NCBI GenBank assembly: GCA_965218825.1
Contig: OZ244656.1
Span: 1,882,480-1,946,479, forward strand
Source: Vicinamibacterales bacterium
GTDB lineage: Bacteria; Acidobacteriota; Vicinamibacteria; Vicinamibacterales; UBA8438
Direction of reading: 5' to 3'
Length of the DNA: 64,000 bases
Numbering within the stretch: the first letter of the stretch is position 1; each line of letters begins with the position of its first letter. Position numbers and translations under genes: made by a program. Shown in pieces: positions 57,103 through 64,000 of the stretch. The notes under the pieces are model-generated. The model made no database searches and was not told the origin of the DNA. It was given only the letters and a program-made list of their open reading frames with translations.

Positions 57103-58728
57103 CTTGGCCGCAGCGTAGCCTTCGGTATCACCTCGTTCCATCGTGGGCTCGTCGCGGCGGTGCTGACCGGCGCCGCCGTCCTGGGGGTCGTCGTGCCGAT
57201 CCCTGCTGAAGCCGCAAGCGACCGTCCTCTCGTCGAAGCCGCGAGAACCGGAAATCGCGATCTCGTCGCGGAGCTGCTGCGGCAAGACCCCGCGAGTGTG
57301 GAGCAGATCGAACCCGACGGCTCGACCGCCCTCCACTGGGCGGTTGATCGCGATGACGTGGAGATGATCGATCTGCTGATTGCGGCTCGCATCGATGTGA
57401 ATGCGCTGAACCGCTACGGCTTTCCTCCGATCGCGTTTGCAGCCGTCAACGGCAGCGCGGCCGCGCTGTCGCGACTCATCACTGCGGGGGCCGACCCGAA
57501 CACGTCGCTTCCCGGCGGCGAAACGCTGCTCATGACGGCGGCACGGACTGGAAACCCCGACGCAATCGACGTCCTGCTCGGCGGGGGCGCTGACGTCAAC
57601 CCCACCGACGACGCCGGTCAGAACGCGTTGATGTGGGCCGCCGCGGCCAACAACCCCGGTGCGGTGGCGGCCCTGGTAGCGCAGGGCGCCGACCTGCACG
57701 TTCGCACGGAGGCCGGCCTCGACGCCCTGATGTTTGCCGTGCGCGGCGGGCGCGCGGCGGCCACAGGGGCGTTGATCGATGCGGGTGCGAACGTGAACGG
57801 CACGCTGACGGGCGGCGAGAGCGTCCTCGAGATCGCTCTGGTGAACTCCCAGTGGAGACTTGCCGACATGCTGCTGGACCGCGGCGCGGACCCCAATCAG
57901 TCTGCTGCCGGGTACACCGCCCTCCACCGACTCACCGTCCTTCGACCGATCGTGGCCGGTCTCGTCTTCAGTGCGGATATCGAGATCCCGATCGGGTCAC
58001 TCGATTCCATCATGGACTTGGTGAAGAAGATGATCGCCAAGGGCGTGGACGTGAATGCCCGAATGGCCAAGGACGCGCTGAAGGAACAGAAGTTCTTGAA
58101 TAACCGAGACGTGCTGGTCCACGTCGGCGCAACCTCGTTCCTCCTGGCGGCCAAGGAGGCCGACCTCGAGCTGATGGACGTGCTTCTTGCGGCGGGAGCC
58201 GACCCGGCGATACCGACCTTCGATGGCACGACACCCCTGATGGTCGCGTCCGGCCTCTACACGTACCGGCGGAGCGCTCGCCTTTTCGAGGAGCGGGGGA
58301 AAACCGACGACATCCTCGAGTCGGTAAAGCGATGCCTCGCGCTCGGCAACGACGTCAAGGCAGTCAACGACATCGGAGACACCGCGCTGCACGGCGCCGC
58401 CTATCGGGGTGTCCCCGAGATCGCACAGTTTTTGATCGACCACGGCGCGAAGCTCGACGTCGTCGACACGCGCGGGCTGAGCCCGCTCGCCGTCGCCAGC
58501 GGCGTGTACTACATCACGGGTCTGTCGAAGTCGCCGGAAACAGCCAACCTACTTCGGAGCTCCCTGGAGGAGCGCGGTCTCTCGACAGTCGTCCCACCGG
58601 TGGACGAGAAACGGTGTCTCTACTGCTACCTCACCAACCGCAAGCAGTACCGCGCGTCACTCGAGCATGTCCGCAGGATCGAGGAGCTGTTCGCGCAGGA
58701 ACAGAAGGCCTCGGCGGACGGATTCTGA
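57100..58728 (+). CDS. ankyrin-repeat protein with signal peptide
   Basis: Many G-TALHWA / GADVN / LL-AGAD ankyrin units. Hydrophobic N-terminus. Confidence 0.8.
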   Translation: MLGRSVAFGITSFHRGLVAAVLTGAAVLGVVVPIPAEAASDRPLVEAARTGNRDLVAELLRQDPASVEQIEPDGSTALHWAVDRDDVEMIDLLIAARIDVNALNRYGFPPIAFAAVNGSAAALSRLITAGADPNTSLPGGETLLMTAARTGNPDAIDVLLGGGADVNPTDDAGQNALMWAAAANNPGAVAALVAQGADLHVRTEAGLDALMFAVRGGRAAATGALIDAGANVNGTLTGGESVLEIALVNSQWRLADMLLDRGADPNQSAAGYTALHRLTVLRPIVAGLVFSADIEIPIGSLDSIMDLVKKMIAKGVDVNARMAKDALKEQKFLNNRDVLVHVGATSFLLAAKEADLELMDVLLAAGADPAIPTFDGTTPLMVASGLYTYRRSARLFEERGKTDDILESVKRCLALGNDVKAVNDIGDTALHGAAYRGVPEIAQFLIDHGAKLDVVDTRGLSPLAVASGVYYITGLSKSPETANLLRSSLEERGLSTVVPPVDEKRCLYCYLTNRKQYRASLEHVRRIEELFAQEQKASADGF

Positions 58729-58848
58729 GCTCGGTGGCCGGTAACAATCTCTTCGTCTTCGCACTCCCACCGGACGACCGAGTACGCTAACGGCACCCCA
58801 GTTCACGGAACTGCCCTGCTGCGCTGCTGAGCGCGCTTCCCAATCCGA

Positions 58849-59206
58849 TTACCAGAGCAGGGATGCGTGTACCTCGATACGCGGCTCGAGGAACCGCAAT
58901 CGGGTGTCTATCAGCCGCGCAACCGTTCGGGAGAGGTCTCTGCCCAGCGTTAGCCATGCGAGTGGTACGCGATTGGACAGGATGAACGTCGGCAACTCCG
59001 AGTGTTCGACGCCGTAGCACTCCATGCTGTCTTGCGGCGGCACGTCCTTCTCGTCGACGACCAGCGTGATCGTCTGGCAGCGCCTCACCCGGATCGCCCG
59101 AATGCGTCGCTCGACCGTGACGCGGTGGATTCCGCGCTCAAGACCCTCGGCCAGAATCTCGTGTCCCAGCAACACGACCTCCGGCAGCCACCCCAGTTCG
59201 AGCGAC
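58849..59206 (-). CDS. hypothetical protein (strand and start uncertain)
   Basis: Codon-position GC pattern fits the minus frame slightly better than the overlapping plus ORF. No motif recognised. Confidence 0.25.
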
Positions 59207-59344
59207 GTCAGCAGTGGATCGGCCTGAAGGCGAGTTCGTGGAACGCCTCCTTCGTGGCTTCGGGCAGTTCTCCGTGCTCGATCTGCCCCGGCAGCCGCCA
59301 CGCCTCGCCACGTCTGCGGTACACCGTGTACGGATGTCGGAAGG

Positions 59345-59565
59345 GAGATATTGTCAAGAGTTGTGGATCAGCGATCGGCGTGATCAGGCGGCCTCCTTCC
59401 GATCCTCCTCCTTGTTGCGTTCCTTCTGAACCCCATCGACGAACGTGACGCCGGCGCGTACGAGTGGAAGCAGGTGCGCGCTGTTGAGACGTCGCCACCG
59501 GTGCTGCGCCATCTCAAGCAGCTTGTAGGCCATCAGCAGCCCCTTGGCGCGTGAGCATCCCTTCG
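59345..59565 (-). mobile_element. IS256-family IS, third type, terminal fragment
   Basis: Terminus GAGATATTGTCAAGAGTTGTGGAT resembles the type 1 IR. Encodes the transposase tail LLMAYKLLEMAQHRWRRLNSAHLLPLVRAGVTFVDGV. Confidence 0.65.
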
Positions 59566-59837
59566 CCACCGCTGTCACCGAACCCGCGCAGGTCCAACGT
59601 CAGGACGTGCACGCCGGCATCGACGAGTGCGGCCGTCATGCCGCTCCAGGATGTTCGGTCCATGTTGCACTGATGGATGAGCAGCATCCCAGGCCCCGGA
59701 CGGCCCGGCGAACTGTAGGTCGCCTTGAGGTTGACCTTGTCGGACGCGGTGAGGTCGACGTCCGTCGACTGCGCAGCCGCCGGAGCAACCACCGCCAGCC
59801 CGATGATCGCCATGCCGATGAGTACGGTCCGTATCAT
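59566..59837 (-). pseudogene. alpha/beta hydrolase (dienelactone-hydrolase-like), N-terminal fragment
   Basis: Signal peptide, GMLLIHQCN and LDLRGFGDSGGE, then a junction with the IS fragment. SD GAAGGAGAC lies before ATG 59837. Confidence 0.5.
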
Positions 59838-60410
59838 GAAAGTCTCCTTCGTCCTGGATGCCTGCGGCAGTCTACCCCAACTCCGGGGTGTCAAAGACCG
59901 TCGCAAGTTGCGAACGGAGGATCGGGTCCTGCACGATCGTCCGCCGATAGTACTGTGACGGTCCACGATAGACATTGGTGATCTGGAGCCACGATCGACC
60001 GGCGTTGTAGCCGTCGGTCGGCTCCAGCCCGTGCCCCTCTCGGTGCTCGTTGTAGCTCGTGTGATTGAGGTGCGTGATGATGTCCCAATGCGGCAGGATC
60101 ACTCGCCGATCGAGCTGCTGCACGTAGTACTCGATCTCGTCGCGACTTGCCGCGAGAGGCGGATTGTTGCGCCTTCCCGCAACACGAGGCGGAGCACCGA
60201 GGCCGACGTGCCTTCCTCGCCCTGGTGAAGGAACGAGACAATGTCGTTGTAGCCGACGCTCGCGGGCCGGAGCATTTCGTCGAGCTCCATCAGGACCGAC
60301 GCCTGCCGGTCACAACGGGCGACGACACAGTCTTGTGGTCGACAGAGGTGGACCCCGGAATTGGGACAGCTTGCTAAGGTGGGATCCAGACCAAGGAGAA
60401 GGAGTCTGGA

Positions 60411-60635
60411 ATGCCACGAAAGAGACGGAGTTATCCTGCTGAGCTGAAGGCGAAGGTCGCGGTGGAGGCGCTTCGCGAGGAAGCGACGATGGCGGAGCTG
60501 GCGGCCCGCTACGATGTGCATCCGAACCTGATTGCCAACTGGAAGAAGACGGCTCGACAGACGGTGCTGGCCGGCTTCTCGGGGAACCACGAGCGGCAGG
60601 AGGCCTCTCGGGAGACCGAGGTCAAGGAGCTACTA
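60411..60635 (+). pseudogene. IS3-family OrfA (HTH) fragment
   Basis: MPRKRRSYPAELKAKVAVEALREEATMAELAARYDVHPNLIANWKK signature. Homology is lost after ~75 aa. Confidence 0.7.
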
Positions 60636-60657
60636 CGATCGGTCAGCAGCGTGATAC

Positions 60658-60951
60658 ATGACCGGCCGTCAACCCCACGATCTGGTTTTTGGACAGTACG
60701 ACGTCGAGCGCCAGAACCTCACGATGCGGATGTCGATGCGCCGCTTCACCCGGCTGTCGAACGGATTCTCGACGAAGATTCAGAACCACGCGCACGCCGT
60801 GACGCTACACTTCATGCACTATAACTTCGCCAGAATCCACCAGTCGCTGCGCGTGACGCCAGCGATGGAAGCAGGAATCTCGGACCACGTCTGGACCCTT
60901 GAAGAAATTGTTGATCTGTTGGAGCAGGACGAGACGAGGCAAACCGCCTAA
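60658..60951 (+). pseudogene. IS1-family-like transposase, C-terminal fragment
   Basis: ERQNLTMRMSMRRFTRLSNGFSTK...HYNFARIHQSLRVTPAMEAG...HVWTLEEIV. Confidence 0.6.
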
Positions 60952-60989
60952 CCAAACCTGAAGAAAGCTGGCGAGGAAAAGGAGCAGGT

Positions 60990-61181
60990 ATGAAAATCTC
61001 TGGTTGCGTTGACGCCTCGACCGCGTTGGAAATGGCGACGGTGGCCGACAACCGTGAGCAGTACTACAGCCTCACGTTCACGTGCTCGGGATGCGGCTGG
61101 AAGGTGAATTTGCACCGCACCAATCCGCCGCACTTCGAGCACCATGCTAGCAATCCGAAGCTTTGCGTACTTCCACACTGA
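60990..61181 (+). CDS. small hypothetical protein (63 aa)
   Basis: Good SD (AAGGAG) 7 nt upstream. Contains CSGC. No family recognised. Confidence 0.4.
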   Translation: MKISGCVDASTALEMATVADNREQYYSLTFTCSGCGWKVNLHRTNPPHFEHHASNPKLCVLPH

Positions 61182-61342
61182 AACTTGACCACTACCGTTG
61201 GCTTGACCGAGCGCGCGGCGGAGTGGATCGCCCTGCTGGCTGCTCAAGATACGAGCAAGGCGAGAAGGTCCTCGCCCCTTGAATCGGAGCGCGCTGGACC
61301 ATGATGCCGCCGGGACGGAACCACTTGAGGTCGGGAGATGTC

Positions 61343-61965
61343 ATGCCCTCACCGGGAACCGATCAACAGCTGAAAGCCTTTCTGCGCGACACGTTAGGCG
61401 CTTTCCCGTGGCGGATCCGTGTCTCGGACTGGACCGGCCAGCAATACTCGCTGGGGCTGGGCGAACCGCACTGGCGAGGCCTCCCGCTCGAGGTGCACCT
61501 CAGGTCCAAGGCTGCGGGACACGACTTGCTGTCCTTGAACGCCCTCGCCTTCCTGGACCGCTTTGTGCGGGGCGAGGTGGACCTCCGCGGGAACCTGTAC
61601 CTGCTGTCGGATATCCGGAACCACGCCAAGCTTTCCGTGCCGTTCTGGCAACTCGTCCCTCAATTACTGAAGAGTCAGGCGCTCTTGTTCCAGGGCGTCT
61701 CGCGCGCCCGCGTGAACGTCAAATCCCACTACGACATCCCGCAGGAAGCGCTGAACGTCTATCTCGACACGGTGTACATGTCGTATTCCTGCGGCATGTT
61801 CGAGCGCCCGGATCATCTGGACGTCGAAGAACTGACCCAAGTGGGCCACGGGTGTGGCGACACCTATGATTCGCTTGAGAAGGCACAGTGGAGGAAGTTC
61901 AAGGACGCCGTGGATTTCGTCGATCCGAGAGACGGAGAGGCGCTGCTAGACGTCGGGTGTGGATA
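61343..61965 (+). pseudogene. cyclopropane-fatty-acyl-phospholipid synthase-like methyltransferase, cut inside SAM motif I
   Basis: SHYDIPQEALNVYLDTVYMSYSCGMF, SLEKAQ and LLDVGCGY, then the IS IR at 61966. Confidence 0.7.
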
Positions 61966-63054
61966 TGCCTTGGTGCACAACTCCATTGAGAGCTGAGAGT
62001 CTCCCGTGACTCCGCCTGCCGGTCATCCGATCATCTCGCCATCGGGTATCCCGAGCGCCGTCATGGTGTTCAGGATCTTGCACCCCAACCTCACCTCGAC
62101 TCTCTGGGACGCCAGTCCCCTCGCTCGCATCGCTGAGCCCAGGATGGCCTTGTAGCGGTGGAACGTCGTCTCCACCTTGCTTCGCCTGCTGTAGCCCGAT
62201 GCGACGTACCACTTCCGTTTCCCAACATGTGATCGTGCTCGGATGTTACGATTCCGCTGTCGCGTGCCCGCAGAGTCGAGCGCGAGCTGAGCGCCCTTTC
62301 GTGGCGGTATCAGCACCTTCGGCGATCGATGAGCACGGTGATTCTCCAGCGTCTTATAGACGTCGCCGGTGGCGTACGCGGCGTCGGCCTTGGCCGAGGC
62401 GATGGGACGCTCGATCTGGCCGACGAGTGACGCCACCCGGGAAGCGTCTCGAGCCCGCTTGCTCGTGAGCTCGCAGGCGACCACGTCACTGGTTTGCTCA
62501 TCCACAGCGAGGTGCAGCTTGCGGTAGTCCCTGGCTTTCGGCGGAGTGCGCAACTGGCCGACGTGCACTGAAAGACCGCTGCTGTCGATGCGGAGGTGGA
62601 CGGGCTTCACGGTTCGCCTCTCGGAGGAAGCAACCTTCCCCAGCCTCGCCTTGCGCCTCGAGATCGTGCTGTGGTCGGGCACGTCGTTGTCCAGATTCAG
62701 GAGCGTCAGCCGCGAGCGCAGGAAGCCCTCAGTCTGCCTGGACGCCAGGCCAAACACCAAGCCCAAGGTGACCGTCGTCTCGATGGCGTGGTTCGAGTAC
62801 TTGCGTTGTCGGCCTGGCTTCCTGCGCGTCGGCCTCGGCGAGTTCCAGTTGGCGAGCTTGCCATCGGTGAGTCCGAGCCAGACGGTCAGACTCCCGCGAG
62901 CGCGGAGACCCGTCTCGTACTCCCGCCAATTCCGGACACGGTAGGCCTTCTGGACGTACTTCCGCTGGGTGCGCTTGAAACTCGTCATGCGGGACCTCGG
63001 ATCTCGGGGTGGAGGGCAATTATTGACCGAGATCGCGAGTTGTGCACCAAGGCA
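61966..63054 (-). mobile_element. IS903-like IS, copy C (1089 bp)
   Basis: Same IRs as copies A and B. Flanking 9-mers GTGTGGATA and ACATGATGC differ. Confidence 0.9.
62023..62988 (-). CDS. IS903-like transposase, 321 aa
   Basis: Intact. Start MTSFKRTQ at 62988; the 406-aa track ORF is an upstream read-through. Confidence 0.85.
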   Translation of the reverse strand: MTSFKRTQRKYVQKAYRVRNWREYETGLRARGSLTVWLGLTDGKLANWNSPRPTRRKPGRQRKYSNHAIETTVTLGLVFGLASRQTEGFLRSRLTLLNLDNDVPDHSTISRRKARLGKVASSERRTVKPVHLRIDSSGLSVHVGQLRTPPKARDYRKLHLAVDEQTSDVVACELTSKRARDASRVASLVGQIERPIASAKADAAYATGDVYKTLENHRAHRSPKVLIPPRKGAQLALDSAGTRQRNRNIRARSHVGKRKWYVASGYSRRSKVETTFHRYKAILGSAMRARGLASQRVEVRLGCKILNTMTALGIPDGEMIG

Positions 63055-63369
63055 ACATGATGCTGGAGAAGACCGGCATTCTCGGCATGATCGGGAAGGC
63101 CGAGCGGGGACCGGTGGCGATCGAGGCAATTCGCAAGCACAAGGCGGCCTCGCTGATCGCGGTTGGTGGAGCCGCTTACCTGGTCTCGAAAGCGATCCGC
63201 AAGGCCCGGATCGTGGCGTTCGAGGATCTCGGGATGGAGGCAATTCGCGAGTTCGAGGTCGCGGACATGCCAGTCACCGTGGCCGTGGATTCCCGAGGGG
63301 ATTCAGCACATCGCCGGTCCACGCGAATGGCGGGAAAAGATCGGGATCATCCCGGTCGAGCCGGTGTAG
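63055..63369 (+). pseudogene. class I fumarate hydratase / tartrate dehydratase beta-type subunit, C-terminal fragment with frameshift
   Basis: MLEKTGILGMIGKAERG...IAVGGAAYL...VAFEDLGMEAI...VAVDS. The expected tail IAGPREWREKIGIIPVEPV* is in another frame. Confidence 0.65.
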
Positions 63370-63541
63370 CACCGGGCCCTGGGCCGCCTGCCCCGTTTCC
63401 TTCACACTCTTGTAGCTTGAACCTTGACCCTGGTGTATAGTGTCGCCTTCCTTAACCGCGGAGTTCACTTGCGTCAACGCGTCAACCCGAGTGAATTCAG
63501 CGGTTTTTGGGGTGGCAGATTACCGATCAATCCTCAGTTGA

Positions 63542-63895
<354 letters not shown>

Positions 63896-64000
63896 CTTCA
63901 GGCGTCATCGCTGCAAATCACACAGTTCCGGGCGCTCGCGCCCAAATCGACCTGTCGGGAGGGGCAAGGCTGATGAGACTGTTCACGAGCAAGGTGTTCG

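Noticed and set aside
59208-59344. Possible antitoxin-toxin pair: a small ORF ending ...AFHELAFRPIHC* overlapping the start of the 58849-59206 ORF
   Set aside because: The upstream ORF is cut by the IS256-type fragment at 59345. Neither product shows a motif I can assign, and the coding strand is ambiguous by codon-position GC.
62023-63243. 406-aa version of the IS903-like transposase
   Set aside because: The upstream 85 codons lie outside the IS, past the IR at 63054, in the antisense of the fumarase fragment. Copy B defines the 321-aa protein.

Overview
High-GC (about 65% by eye) bacterial chromosomal window. By my own coordinate tally, roughly one third is insertion-sequence DNA from at least a dozen IS families: three IS256 types, IS1182/IS5, IS903/IS5, IS1380, IS630, IS6, IS1-like, ISL3, IS21, IS30, IS3, IS110, an IS66-like piece and rve-type integrases. 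Many copies are nested, truncated or point-inactivated. All family names come from motifs I recognise in the translations; no search was run. Layout: 1-2900 holds an IS256 copy plus a lower-GC three-gene operon of unknown function. 2900-8800 holds a degraded, permuted prophage remnant (ParB-methyltransferase, terminase pieces), a tRNA-Arg 3-prime fragment and a multi-HTH regulator. 8800-27030 is an IS graveyard with isolated cargo: a 747-aa SEC-C / coiled-coil protein with a RelE/ParE-like C-terminus, an Mrr-like nuclease fragment, a SET-domain protein, a bacilliredoxin and a VapBC pair. 27030-39060 is an envelope/polysaccharide-type cluster. 39050-41240 is an IS6 / ISL3 fragment / IS1-like block. 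41250-44401 holds an atypical radical SAM protein followed by an E1-like ThiF enzyme cut by an IS. 44402-50920 holds IS903-like copies recording an inversion, plus a small coiled-coil gene hit by two IS at a single CTAG. 51080-58730 looks core-like (two paralogous secreted proteins, a DUF1592/DUF1552 pair, an ankyrin protein). 58730-64000 holds more IS debris, a truncated CFA-synthase-like gene, a fumarase-beta fragment and an intact P-II gene. No complete novel system is demonstrable. The best candidates are the radical SAM + E1 remnant, the SEC-C/RelE-like fusion and the three-gene operon.
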